Assembly: GCF_044324875.1 (NCBI RefSeq)
Contig: NZ_CP172186.1
Length of the DNA: 64,000 nucleotides
DNA from: Escherichia coli
GTDB lineage: Bacteria > Pseudomonadota > Gammaproteobacteria > Enterobacterales > Enterobacteriaceae
Direction: 5' to 3' (one strand)
Shown here in pieces: positions 20,648 to 30,514 of this stretch (position 1 is the first letter of the stretch; each line of letters begins with the position of its first letter). Under the pieces are notes generated by a model that had not been told where the DNA came from, did no database searches, and was given only the letters and a program-made list of their open reading frames with translations. The position numbers were made by a program, and so were the translations under genes.

Positions 20648-20850
20648 GTTCTTGCCCCCTTATTTCCAGACAGGGGTTGTATCTTAAGTTAATGTTACCC
20701 GCTGACGTCGATATTCTCGCGGAGAGCGATAACCCAACGCACTGTGCGGATGGTTTTCATTGTAATGTTCGATCGCCACTGCAAGATTATGCAATGCCGT
20801 TCTTACATTCGGTTTCGGCATGAACGCGATGTAGTCTTCCTTGGGGTCCG
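20648..20850 (-). mobile_element. Remnant of an IS2-related element (right end with IR)
   Basis: TTGCCCCCTTATTTCCAGACA ... GAGCGATAACCCAACGCACTGTGCGGATGG resembles the IS2 right end at 61063-61260 at roughly 75-80 percent identity. Confidence 0.5.
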
Positions 20851-20888
20851 CCTGGAAAACGGAAAATATCCCACGCTAAGACTATTTT

Positions 20889-21479
20889 CTATACAGTAAC
20901 AGTTTGCTGTTTCGCTCTAACTCTCAGAATTGTTTGCCGTGTGGTTCGGAATTCCCTGGCAATAGCACTTATACTTGCCCCAGACTTAATGTGTTCGAGT
21001 ACCTTCTGTTTTTGTTCTTCATTTAATACCGGTGGGCGACCAAAACGTTTTCCTGCATCCCGTGCTCTTGCTATCCCTGAATAAGTTCGTTCAAGTAAAA
21101 GATCTCGTTCAAATTCAGCGACCGCTGAAATCACTTGCATTGTCATTTTTCCTGCCGGACTGGTCAGATCAACACCACCTAATGCCAGGCAATGTACCCT
21201 GATGCCAGATTCGGTCAGTTGCTCCACTGTTTTCCTGATATCCATTGCATTACGACCGAGGCGATCCAGTTTTGTGACTATCAATACATCGCCACTTTCC
21301 AGACGATCAAGCAACCGGTTAAAACCTGGACGTTCACTGGCTGCTACTGATCCACTAATTTGTTCTTCGATTATTCGTTGGGGTCTGACGTTAAAACCCG
21401 CGCTTTCGATTTCCCGACGTTGATTTTCGGTCGTCTGTTCCAGAGTGGAAACCCGACAATAGGCAAAAATTCGAGACAT
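20889..21479 (-). CDS. Serine recombinase (resolvase) with C-terminal HTH
   Basis: 196 aa [15 protein letters not shown]... (catalytic Ser), ...[11 protein letters not shown]... Confidence 0.9.
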   Translation of the reverse strand: MSRIFAYCRVSTLEQTTENQRREIESAGFNVRPQRIIEEQISGSVAASERPGFNRLLDRLESGDVLIVTKLDRLGRNAMDIRKTVEQLTESGIRVHCLALGGVDLTSPAGKMTMQVISAVAEFERDLLLERTYSGIARARDAGKRFGRPPVLNEEQKQKVLEHIKSGASISAIAREFRTTRQTILRVRAKQQTVTV

Positions 21480-21521
21480 AGTGAGATCTTCTGTACGAAA
21501 TGGGTGTACATATTATAATGC

Positions 21522-21594
21522 ATGTCCGAAAGTAATTTCGCTGACTTTCGGATATATCTGTTTAACAATGTCCGAAACCGGTCGATTTCGGACA
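21522..21594. promoter_or_regulatory. res-like site: palindromic subsites upstream of the resolvase gene
   Basis: TGTCCGAAA-N8-TTTCGGACA perfect dyad at 21569-21594 plus TGTCCGAAAG...CTTTCGGATA at 21522-21555. Confidence 0.5.
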
Positions 21595-21979
21595 CCAAAA
21601 CCACTGTTGTCCCGCCATTCTGGCGATTCCTGAAAGCCCTTTGGCTAAAAAATAGTCTTAACATGGTTTATTTTCCGAATTCCAAACTGACCCCGCTAAC
21701 GCGGAGATACGTCCCGACTTCGGGTAAACCCTCGTCGGGACCACTCCGACCGCGCACAGAAGCTCTCTCATGGCTGAAAGCGGGTATGGCTTAGCAGGGC
21801 TGGGGATGGGTAAGGTGAAATCTATCAATCAGTACCGGCTTACGCCGGGCTTCGGCGGTTTTACTCCTGTGCCATATGCAACAACGGAGTGCCGCCTTAC
21901 ATGCGCTGACGCGCATTATTTGCCTTGTTCCGTCTGAAACTAATCACTATGATTAAATATGATTAACAACTAATCGGGT

Positions 21980-22264
21980 ATGCAAATGAAAAACAATACC
22001 GCACAGGCAACAAAAGTCATTACCGCGCATGTGCCATTACCAATGGCTGATAAAGTCGACCAGATGGCCGCCAGACTGGAACGCTCCCGGGGCTGGGTTA
22101 TCAAACAGGCGCTTTCTGCATGGCTTGCCCAGGAGGAGGAGCGTAATCGCCTGACGCTGGAAGCCCTGGACGATGTGAAATCCGGACAGGTTATCGACCA
22201 TCAGGCTGTACAGGCCTGGGCGGACAGCCTCAGTACTGACAATCCGTTACCGGTGCCACGCTGA
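21980..22264 (+). CDS. RHH (CopG/ParD-like) antitoxin
   Basis: 94 aa; precedes and abuts a RelE/ParE-like toxin gene. Confidence 0.75.
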   Translation: MQMKNNTAQATKVITAHVPLPMADKVDQMAARLERSRGWVIKQALSAWLAQEEERNRLTLEALDDVKSGQVIDHQAVQAWADSLSTDNPLPVPR

Positions 22265-22539
22265 TGGAACTGAAGTGGACCAGTAAGGCGCTTTCTGATT
22301 TGGCGCGGTTATATGATTTTCTGGTGCTGGCCAGTAAACCTGCGGCCACCAGAACGGTGCAGTCCCTGACACAGGCACCGGTCATTCTGTTAACTCATCC
22401 ACGTATGGGAGAACAGTTGTTTCAGTTTGAACCCAGGGAGGTCAGACGGATTTTTGCTGGCGAGTACGAAATCCGTTACGAACTTAATGGCCAGACTATT
22501 TATGTATTGCGCCTGTGGCACACACGAGAAAACAGGTAG
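22264..22539 (+). CDS. RelE/ParE-family toxin
   Basis: 91 aa MELKWTSKALSDLARLYDFL...IYVLRLWHTRENR. Confidence 0.8.
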   Translation: MELKWTSKALSDLARLYDFLVLASKPAATRTVQSLTQAPVILLTHPRMGEQLFQFEPREVRRIFAGEYEIRYELNGQTIYVLRLWHTRENR

Positions 22540-22644
22540 ATTGTGTGTGGGGACAACTTAACATAGCCTGCAGATATTAATTCTGGAACATTATTATCAG
22601 GCCAGATATTTTTCATTCCATTAAATAATCTTGTAGGAGATAAA

Positions 22645-22884
22645 ATGAATTACGATGAAATAACGAAAATTACCGCTGAACGTATTAGCGACTACATGAC
22701 CGAAGCAGTTAATACAGACTCTATAGCCGTTGCGGAAATGTTTCATAACGCTGCATGGGGAGTGCGAACATTGTGGTTTGAACTCGTCACAAAAATAGAT
22801 ATGGATATACATAAAAAGAACAGGTATGCGAGTTATGATCTTAGAAGGAAAATCGAAATACAGCATGAAGAGTTTCACGTATAG
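22645..22884 (+). CDS. Hypothetical small protein (low GC)
   Basis: 79 aa ORF with GGAG RBS (AGGAGATAAAATG); no recognisable motif. Confidence 0.3.
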   Translation: MNYDEITKITAERISDYMTEAVNTDSIAVAEMFHNAAWGVRTLWFELVTKIDMDIHKKNRYASYDLRRKIEIQHEEFHV

Positions 22885-23046
22885 GAAATTGAAAAACTAA
22901 GCGATACCACTGTCCGCGTCTTATGCCTCGTGCGGTAAGCTGTTTTTCACATCACGCCGGTGTTTTTTCTCTCTGCGTGGTCGGTTTTTATACTGCGGAT
23001 GGGGTTTTTTATCCTTTCCCCGGATTGCTGACACACTTACCCTGTA

Positions 23047-24339
23047 TCAGGCCGGCACATACCTCAGCAGACTGATATCCCGCGCGTTTTTCTTCAGCCC
23101 TGATACATTCAGCCCCGCAAGGGCCCGGCGGTATACCATCCGGCCGCCACACAGCACGCATTCGAACGGGTCACGACTCAGGAACTGTTTCACCATTTGT
23201 GCATAGCACACTTTCGCCACCGGTTCCGGTTTATCCATCCCCAGAGCTCGGTACACCTGCGGCAGCTTCTCTCCACACCCCCGGTTGGCAAGGAACCCGA
23301 AGTACCTCACCATCTTAAAAAACTTCTCCGGGATGTGCTGTTTCATCCTCGCGACCAGCTCACGCTGCGTCAGCGTTTCCGTCGCTGTCTCTCCCGTTTT
23401 GTGGTCCAGGTAACGGAAGCTCAGGCTCGCCCCTCCGTTGTAATGTGCCAGCCGGGAAGCCGCTATTGGTGGCTTCTTCAGATAACGACCCAGGTAGCGT
23501 GCCGTATTCCGCCCGCCGGCCGTCTTCTTCGACATGTACACATGCCAGTATTTTCCGCCGGCTTTCAGCACCAGGCTTCTCCACTGTGATTCCGTCGTGA
23601 TATGTGACAACGACTCCGGCATCGCCATCCCCTCTGACCACGCTTTCAGAAGCAACTGCCGTATATTCCACATCCACCGCGAACGCATTGCGTCTTTCAG
23701 GAAGCTCAGCTTTTTCCACTGACCGTGCTTATTCAGCCCCCCGCAGGTTACTGACACATGTACATGCGGATGCCAGTTGAGACGACGGCCATATGTGTGG
23801 ATGGCGCAGAAGATACCGGGTTCCAGCCCCCGTTTTCGGGCGGCATACAGCAGCCAACGGTTGCTTTCGAACACCGGCCACAGCGTGTCCGGCAGGGTGA
23901 AGACCAGGTGTACCCAGTCGCAGTCAGGAAGACGATTCAGCTGTGTCGCTGTCCACAGGTCTGTGGCCTTTTTTCCGCAGGACGGGCAGGCACGGCTGCC
24001 ACATGAGTTAGTGACGTATCTGACGTGGGGACAGTCAGGTTTATCGCAGTTGTATTCCTTCACGCCCAGTATCCGCGTGCCGCAGGCCAGCATTTTGGTG
24101 ACAGCCTCAACCTCGATATCGCGCAGACCGCCCGCATCCAGGAAGGACGTCCAGCACTGGTTGGCTGTGAACAGGCGTTTCAGCGGACGGGGCTGAAAAT
24201 CACCACCACTTCGGGTCATCCATCCTGCACGCTCCATCTGATAATGTTCTGACAGGTAAAAATAATATCCTGCATGATTTGTGTGCTCATGATTTCTGAT
24301 AATATCAGATATTGTTTTATCATCAATGATGAAAACCAT
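23047..24339 (-). CDS. IS91-family rolling-circle transposase (HUH, Y2)
   Basis: N-terminal Zn-finger CPHVRYVTNSCGSRACPSCG; HUH-like HTYGRRLNWHPHVHV; element ends not delimited. Confidence 0.85.
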   Translation of the reverse strand: MVFIIDDKTISDIIRNHEHTNHAGYYFYLSEHYQMERAGWMTRSGGDFQPRPLKRLFTANQCWTSFLDAGGLRDIEVEAVTKMLACGTRILGVKEYNCDKPDCPHVRYVTNSCGSRACPSCGKKATDLWTATQLNRLPDCDWVHLVFTLPDTLWPVFESNRWLLYAARKRGLEPGIFCAIHTYGRRLNWHPHVHVSVTCGGLNKHGQWKKLSFLKDAMRSRWMWNIRQLLLKAWSEGMAMPESLSHITTESQWRSLVLKAGGKYWHVYMSKKTAGGRNTARYLGRYLKKPPIAASRLAHYNGGASLSFRYLDHKTGETATETLTQRELVARMKQHIPEKFFKMVRYFGFLANRGCGEKLPQVYRALGMDKPEPVAKVCYAQMVKQFLSRDPFECVLCGGRMVYRRALAGLNVSGLKKNARDISLLRYVPA

Positions 24340-24576
24340 ATCTGATATGATTTTATATATATTTCTTAATTATCATATCATTTGCGTCTTTTCTGCCGCG
24401 CAGATCCGGTTTCCGGCTAAGTCGGATCGACCTAATCTTTGTTTCTGATATGAACACCTCGGAGAGGTGTAAGCAATGGTATAAACGAAATGTATTATGT
24501 ATCTGCATCACAGCATGCGGGCACATTTTGCGGAAGGATATGAATCCCCCCGGAATAACTGGCAAAGGACAGATAA

Positions 24577-26715
24577 ATGGACATTGAAATACGCCACTGC
24601 AATAACATCGTACGAGCACATATCACCCTCACTGCCGATAAACTGAACATTAAGTTTGCGCCAAATGGTACTGGAAAAAGTACGCTGTCACGGGCCATAA
24701 GCTGTGCGGCGCGGGACGACATTCAGGGACTACAGGCACTGATGCCCTTCCGGCTGCGCGGAGAAAACCCCGATAGCACCGGGCCCATTGTCATCGGTGC
24801 TGACGGGATTGGGGACGTGATGTGCTTCAACGAGGAGTACGTCAGTCAGTTTACGTTCCAACCGGACGAGCTCATCAGTGATAGCTTTAATATTCTTATC
24901 CGCAATCAAGCCCATGCGGAAAGAGAGCGTGAAATAGAAGAAATGACGCAAAAGATCCGGGCTGTTTTCACGGATCACACTGAGCTGAACTCTCTGATAG
25001 ACCATCTACAGGAACTCAGTAATGCTTTCAGATCAACCAGTTCCGGGATTTCACGTTCTTCAACCGGCATGAGAGGTCTGTCAGGCGGAAATAAAATACA
25101 CCACATTCCGGCTGGTCTTGAGAACTATCAACCCTACATCCGCAGTGAACGCCGCGTGGAATGGATTGACTGGCAGACAAAGGGACTCGAGTTTTCGCCC
25201 CTTTCGGATGGCTGCTGTCCGTTCTGTACCGGTGATATCACGGGAAAGGAAGCACAAATTCGCCAAGTCAGAGAGGAATACGATAAATCCACCATTAAAA
25301 ACCTGACCGCTATCATCAGACTGGTGGAAAACCTCGGTAATTACCTGACGGAGAGCGCCAGAGAACGCCTTCTGGCCATTACTATGCTTCAGAACGGTCC
25401 GGAAGCCGAACATATCGAGTACCTAGTGGCGTTGAAACGCCAGACCGATACGCTGACAGAGAAACTCACTGCGCTGAGAGGCCTGAATGTTTTCAGCCTG
25501 CAGGAACAGCAGAACGTTCGGGAGGTGCTCACTGCCAGGTTGATTGACCTGCAGTTCTTCCCTGATCTGCAATCCGAACTCATGCAGGGGATCACCGACA
25601 GACTGAACGCGGCCCTTATGGACCTGATAAACCTTGCCGGACCGCTGCAGGGAAAAATTAACCGGCACCGGGACAGCATGATCCGGCTGATCGCACAGCA
25701 CAAAACAAACATCAATAATTTCCTCACTTATGCAGGCTATAAATACAGGGTGGATATAGCCGGCGAGGGAGAGCAGAGAAAACTCAGGCTACGACACATA
25801 GATTTTGACGGGTACGTCAGCGGCGGTAGCCAGCATCTCAGCTATGGAGAACGGAACGCCTTTGCGATTGTGTTATTCATGTATGAATGCCTGTCAAAAA
25901 ACCCGGGACTGATTATCCTTGATGATCCCATATCTTCTTTTGATAAAAACAAGAAGTTTGCCATTCTTGAAATGCTGTTCAGACGTGCAAGTGGTGAATG
26001 CCTGAAGAACCGGACTGTACTTATGCTGACGCATGACGTGGAGCCTGTGATTGACACGCTGAAGTCAGTCAGAAGGTTGTTCAGTAATCAGGTGACCGCC
26101 TCCTGCCTGCGCCTGTCTGCTGGAGTCATAGAAGAATTACCTGTTAACGACGGCGATATCATGACATTCATGCAGATCTGCAAATCCATCACCGCGTCAG
26201 CAGACTGTGAGGAGATCATTAAGCTCATCTATCTTCGTCGCTACTTTGAAATCGTTGACGAACGTGGTGATGCTTATCAGCTTCTATCCAATCTATTCCA
26301 TCGACGCGTCGTCCCGCTGGATTATCGCGAGCCTGCCGCTGCGGGCTCGGGCTATCCCAAAATGGCTCCTGAGAAAATTCAGCAGGCCTTGCGGGATATC
26401 CGGGAGTATGTGGACAGTTTTGATTACCCGCGACTTCAGGCTCTCGTCAGCAGCCCAGATGAAATAAAAAACCTGTACCGTCGCTGTCGTAACGGCTATG
26501 AAAAACTGCAGGTATTCCGTTTACTGGAACTGGATCAGGACCATCCGGTAATACGAAAATTCGTTAACGAAACGTACCACATTGAAAATGAGTTCATCTG
26601 TCAACTAGATCCGTCCAGATTCGATCTCATCCCGGAGTACGTGATTATGGAATGTGACAAGCTCATCGCCCTGCCACCGGCAGCAAACCAGAGCTCGGTT
26701 GCCCGTATCGCTTGA
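24577..26715 (+). CDS. Solitary ABC-type ATPase with long coiled-coil insert containing a CxxC motif and an unassigned C-terminal domain (RloC/Rad50-like architecture); candidate defence protein
   Basis: 712 aa; Walker A FAPNGTGKST (aa 27-36); CPFC at about aa 209; signature-like LSYGER, Walker B LIILDDP, H-loop LMLTHD; last 220 aa without known motif. Confidence 0.6.
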   Translation: MDIEIRHCNNIVRAHITLTADKLNIKFAPNGTGKSTLSRAISCAARDDIQGLQALMPFRLRGENPDSTGPIVIGADGIGDVMCFNEEYVSQFTFQPDELISDSFNILIRNQAHAEREREIEEMTQKIRAVFTDHTELNSLIDHLQELSNAFRSTSSGISRSSTGMRGLSGGNKIHHIPAGLENYQPYIRSERRVEWIDWQTKGLEFSPLSDGCCPFCTGDITGKEAQIRQVREEYDKSTIKNLTAIIRLVENLGNYLTESARERLLAITMLQNGPEAEHIEYLVALKRQTDTLTEKLTALRGLNVFSLQEQQNVREVLTARLIDLQFFPDLQSELMQGITDRLNAALMDLINLAGPLQGKINRHRDSMIRLIAQHKTNINNFLTYAGYKYRVDIAGEGEQRKLRLRHIDFDGYVSGGSQHLSYGERNAFAIVLFMYECLSKNPGLIILDDPISSFDKNKKFAILEMLFRRASGECLKNRTVLMLTHDVEPVIDTLKSVRRLFSNQVTASCLRLSAGVIEELPVNDGDIMTFMQICKSITASADCEEIIKLIYLRRYFEIVDERGDAYQLLSNLFHRRVVPLDYREPAAAGSGYPKMAPEKIQQALRDIREYVDSFDYPRLQALVSSPDEIKNLYRRCRNGYEKLQVFRLLELDQDHPVIRKFVNETYHIENEFICQLDPSRFDLIPEYVIMECDKLIALPPAANQSSVARIA

Positions 26716-26816
26716 GCCACTGTTTTTGCCGCCGGAAGATAGGCTTTAGCTCCCTGATAGTCTGATCTTCGAAGATACCCTACAGTTTAGGACCGCTTAC
26801 TGTAGATATCTGTTAA

Positions 26817-26838
26817 AACAGCCCGTATACGGGCTGTT
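26817..26838. terminator. Hairpin between the ATPase gene and vapC copy 2
   Basis: ACAGCCCGTA/TACGGGCTGT perfect palindrome; T-run on the minus strand side. Confidence 0.5.
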
Positions 26839-26876
26839 TCTTGGTGCCCTTATCTCCTGACTTTGAAAAGAGTGTC

Positions 26877-27293
26877 TTACTTCACCCAGTCTTCCAGCAC
26901 CAGGTCAGGCACTCGCTCAAATTCTCTTGTATTATTCGTTACCAGTATCGCCCCGGCGGCGATGGCGTGCCCGGCAATCGCCGTGTCGTTCGGGCCGATC
27001 GGCGTCCCGGCCAGCCGCAGTGCCACTTTAATCTTCGTGGTGGCGTCTACTGCGGCGCGATCCCAGGGCAGGATGGCATCGAGGCGGGCGCAGAATTCAT
27101 CGACCAGTTGGACGTGACGTGGTGAGGCCTTTGGGCCGGTAGCCCCGAAGCGCATTTCAGAGTAGGTGATGGCCGAGACCACTATACGGTGGCCGCGTAG
27201 CACCGCCTGCTCCAGACGCTTCAGGACGGCTTCTGGCTGTTCACGCATGATGAACGAGCAGATACAGGTATCAAGCATATAAGTCTTGTTCAC
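26877..27293 (-). CDS. vapC: VapC toxin (PIN domain), copy 2 (divergent paralog)
   Basis: 138 aa; about 93 percent identical to copy 1. Confidence 0.9.
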   Translation of the reverse strand: MNKTYMLDTCICSFIMREQPEAVLKRLEQAVLRGHRIVVSAITYSEMRFGATGPKASPRHVQLVDEFCARLDAILPWDRAAVDATTKIKVALRLAGTPIGPNDTAIAGHAIAAGAILVTNNTREFERVPDLVLEDWVK

Positions 27294-27520
27294 AGGTTAA
27301 ATCGCCCTTCGTCGCTGACAACATCCTCGCGCTCCGCCATAAAATCTGGATCGGCTTTTTCGTACTCTAGGAATGATCCCCAGGTTGGCCGGACGGGGCG
27401 CAGGATGATGCTGTCCCCTTCCCGGACGATCTCGAGCTCGCTCACCCCCTCAAAATCCAGATCACGAGGCAGACGGATGGCGCGGTTGTTGCCATTTTTA
27501 AATATCGATACGGTTCTCAT
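27290..27520 (-). CDS. vapB: VapB antitoxin, copy 2
   Basis: 76 aa; paralog of 6953-7183. Confidence 0.9.
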   Translation of the reverse strand: MRTVSIFKNGNNRAIRLPRDLDFEGVSELEIVREGDSIILRPVRPTWGSFLEYEKADPDFMAEREDVVSDEGRFNL

Positions 27521-28079
27521 GTTCTTTCTCTCCCGAGCATATGGATATGTGAAACATATCCGGAATATTCAAAGCACCGGGTGTGTGCATATGTTTAGTA
27601 TAGGCAGATGTGTGGCATATGTATAGCGGTAGCATATGTAGATGCCAGGCATATGTTTAGCATATCCCTATTTCTTTCTTTTTTATCGGAGATCCGAAAA
27701 AAGGTTGTTCAGGATCTTCCTCTCCCCCCACACAACGCCACCTCCTGTAAGCACAACATGTGGTGCCGGATTCAGCTGCTGATGACACTATATGTTGTGT
27801 CATCTCCCTGACCTGTGATGCGTCGCGCAGGGGCGGAAAACAGCGATATGATGATTTCCTCAGCGTGGTACACTTCCGGAAAGTTGTGATATTCCGGAAA
27901 GTCGGATCTGACGGAAACGGCTCTCCGGTAATTTAACGGCGTGGTTATATGGATGCTTGTTATCATGGTGATGATGATAACGGCATGATGTTATCAGACG
28001 GCGTGACGGTAAGGGCAGTGATGATGGATGACGTTATCGCATGACCGTCCCTGCCCGGAAAAGAAAAAAGGAGTCACCC

Positions 28080-28493
28080 ATGTTTTTTATTAAGAATGAA
28101 GGTCAGGCTGTCGCCAGAACGGATTACTGGCAGTCTGTACAGGCGCAGGCCGGATATGTCTACCTCAGCTGGAATGCCGGCGCAGCCAGGCTGCTTGTCC
28201 CGGATGCGGCAAAACATTTACTCAGGGAGATGCGGGGGGCTGAGTACGTCATCATCAGTAAGGGAACGCTGCATGGCCGCGATGCGCTGGAACTGATATT
28301 TGAAGACGGCAGCGATGCGCCGTTCGTGATCCACATGCTGAGCGAGCAGTGCGATCGCCTGCTCCCCGAAAACAACCAGGGCGGGGGTTTTGTTGTCACC
28401 GTCTGGACGCGTGGCGGTAACCAGCTCCGTTATCCGGGAAAGTACCGTGTTGTGGAAAACCTGCCCGACGTTTCCCCGTGGAGTGAACACTGA
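28080..28493 (+). CDS. Hypothetical protein upstream of recombinase gene
   Basis: ATG at 28080 with AAAGGAG RBS; 137 aa. Confidence 0.6.
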   Translation: MFFIKNEGQAVARTDYWQSVQAQAGYVYLSWNAGAARLLVPDAAKHLLREMRGAEYVIISKGTLHGRDALELIFEDGSDAPFVIHMLSEQCDRLLPENNQGGGFVVTVWTRGGNQLRYPGKYRVVENLPDVSPWSEH

Positions 28494-28494
28494 T

Positions 28495-29280
28495 ATGCAG
28501 CACCTGCCGGCACCGATCCACCATGCCCGGGATGTCGCTCAGCTTCCTGTTGCCATCGATTATCCGGCAGCGCTGGCACTCCGCCAGATGTCGATGGTTC
28601 ATGATGAACTGCCAAAATACCTGCTGGCCCCTGAAGTGAGCGCCCTGCTCCATTACGTCCCGGATCTGCGCCGCAAGATGCTGCTGGCCACACTGTGGAA
28701 CACCGGTGCGCGCATTAATGAAGCACTGGCGCTGACGCGGGGGGATTTTTCGCTTGCGCCCCCGTATCCGTTTGTGCAGCTGGCCACTCTGAAGCAGCGG
28801 ACAGAAAAAGCCGCCAGGACGGCAGGAAGAATGCCCGCCGGTCAGCAGACTCACCGGCTGGTTCCGCTTTCCGACACCTGGTACCTCAGCCAGCTGCAGA
28901 CGATGGTGGCCACACTGAAAATCCCCATGGAACGGCGTAATAAACGAACAGGCAGGACAGAGAAAGCGCGGATCTGGGAAGTGACGGACAGAACGGTCAG
29001 GACCTGGATTGGGGAGGCGGTTGCCGCCGCTGCCGCTGATGGTGTGACGTTCTCTGTCCCGGTCACGCCACATACGTTCCGCCATTCCTATGCGATGCAC
29101 ATGCTGTATGCCGGTATACCGCTGAAGGTCCTGCAGAGCCTGATGGGGCATAAGTCCATCAGCTCAACGGAGGTCTACACGAAGGTGTTTGCACTGGATG
29201 TCGCGGCGCGCCATCGTGTGCAGTTCGCTATGCCGGAAGCCGATGCGGTAGCGCTGATAAAACAACTTGAGAGGCGTTAA
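28495..29280 (+). CDS. Tyrosine site-specific recombinase (phage-integrase family)
   Basis: 261 aa; C-terminal HTFRHSYAMHML...LMGHKSISSTEVYTKV (H-x-x-R, H and Y catalytic residues). Confidence 0.8.
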   Translation: MQHLPAPIHHARDVAQLPVAIDYPAALALRQMSMVHDELPKYLLAPEVSALLHYVPDLRRKMLLATLWNTGARINEALALTRGDFSLAPPYPFVQLATLKQRTEKAARTAGRMPAGQQTHRLVPLSDTWYLSQLQTMVATLKIPMERRNKRTGRTEKARIWEVTDRTVRTWIGEAVAAAAADGVTFSVPVTPHTFRHSYAMHMLYAGIPLKVLQSLMGHKSISSTEVYTKVFALDVAARHRVQFAMPEADAVALIKQLERR

Positions 29281-29519
29281 AAAGCCGTATTCGCGGTTCA
29301 GTCAAGGGGGAGCTGGTGCATCCATCTGTGGAAGATAGAGCACCAAACTCATAGAGGCCACGTTCTCAGGCCAGAACAGTCTTATATCTCTGGCGCTGAC
29401 AACCCATAGTACTTGCCTGGATGGGAAACTCTTCTTGTGCTGAGCGTAAGAGCCATCTGCCGGAACGCTTCCTCGCCAGTTCGCTCGCTACGCACAGTTA
29501 CATGGCTGCGGCGAGGGCT

Positions 29520-29880
29520 GCCTGATTCTAATAATGATATTTCAGCATGATAGCAGCAATAAAATAGATTGCAGCTATCATGCTGTACACATACGGCCTA
29601 GCGCTCTGCTTATGTTATGCTATCTGCAATCTTGCGGCAATCTTGCTTCATCTGTCGATGCGATTCTGAATGAGGTTTCTTTTATTGTTAACGTGACACA
29701 AGTATTCGGCTGTCAATTCCAGCACTCTGCTAAGTAGCAAGATTTAATCTTGCTACTAGATTTTTTATTGTTGCAATCTTGCTGCAAGCTGTTATCTTGT
29801 TCTGGAAGAGTTACTCTACCTAACCTCAATCTGGTTTATATTGATGTTTGCTGCAAGATAGCAGCAAGTAAAGGGGGCTA
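29520..29880. promoter_or_regulatory. Array of TTGCTGCAAGAT-like repeats upstream of parA (centromere/operator-like)
   Basis: At least 8 direct and inverted copies of GCAATCTTGC / TTGCTGCAAGAT in 360 bp. Confidence 0.55.
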
Positions 29881-29881
29881 A

Positions 29882-30514
29882 ATGGCCTGGATAGTTGGTT
29901 TTATTTCTCAGAAAGGTGGTGTGGGCAAAAGCACTAAAGCGAGAGCGTTAGCGCGTGAAGCATCCGCCTGTGGTATCAAAACAAAATTAGCTGATCTCGA
30001 CTTGGAACAGGCAACGAGTGCTGAGTGGCATCGTAGACGTCTGTCAGCTGGTTTGTCACCGGTTGCTTCAGTTGAAGTGTTTTCAACAGCAAAGCAGGCG
30101 ATAGAATCTGCCGGCGATTTTGACCTTCTGATTCTTGATGGCCCTGCTCGTGCAAGTAAAGGTACTTCAGAAATTGCTAAGGTCGCCGACCTTATCGTCC
30201 AGCCAACGGGGGCCTCCCTTGACGATCTTGTCCCGGCAATTAAAGTTTTCAACGCGTTGGTAAAAGAAGGTATACCACGTTCAAAACTGGTCTTCGCTTT
30301 AAGCCGGGTAGGTACCGAAGCGGAAGAGCTGGATGCTCGTGCATATATCAGTGAAGCAGGTTATGAAACTTTATCTGGATGCCTTTTTGAGAAGCCAGCA
30401 TACAGAAAAGCGATGAATTCAGGACTCGCTGTGACAGAAACACGTTATAAAGGTTTAAACGAGAGAGCTGATGAACTTATCCAGGCACTCATCGATAAGA
30501 TTGGAGAAGAGTAA
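29882..30514 (+). CDS. parA: ParA-family partition ATPase (small, type Ib)
   Basis: 210 aa; deviant Walker A KGGVGKST. Confidence 0.85.
   Translation: MAWIVGFISQKGGVGKSTKARALAREASACGIKTKLADLDLEQATSAEWHRRRLSAGLSPVASVEVFSTAKQAIESAGDFDLLILDGPARASKGTSEIAKVADLIVQPTGASLDDLVPAIKVFNALVKEGIPRSKLVFALSRVGTEAEELDARAYISEAGYETLSGCLFEKPAYRKAMNSGLAVTETRYKGLNERADELIQALIDKIGEE

Noticed and set aside
24353-24619. 88-aa minus-strand ORF between the IS91-family tnpA and the ATPase gene
   Set aside because: Overlaps the ATPase start and promoter region; AT-rich; no support as an IS91 accessory gene.
28390-28494. Upstream extension of the tyrosine recombinase ORF
   Set aside because: Extension overlaps the preceding gene; ATG at 28495 directly follows that gene's stop codon and gives a typical recombinase length.
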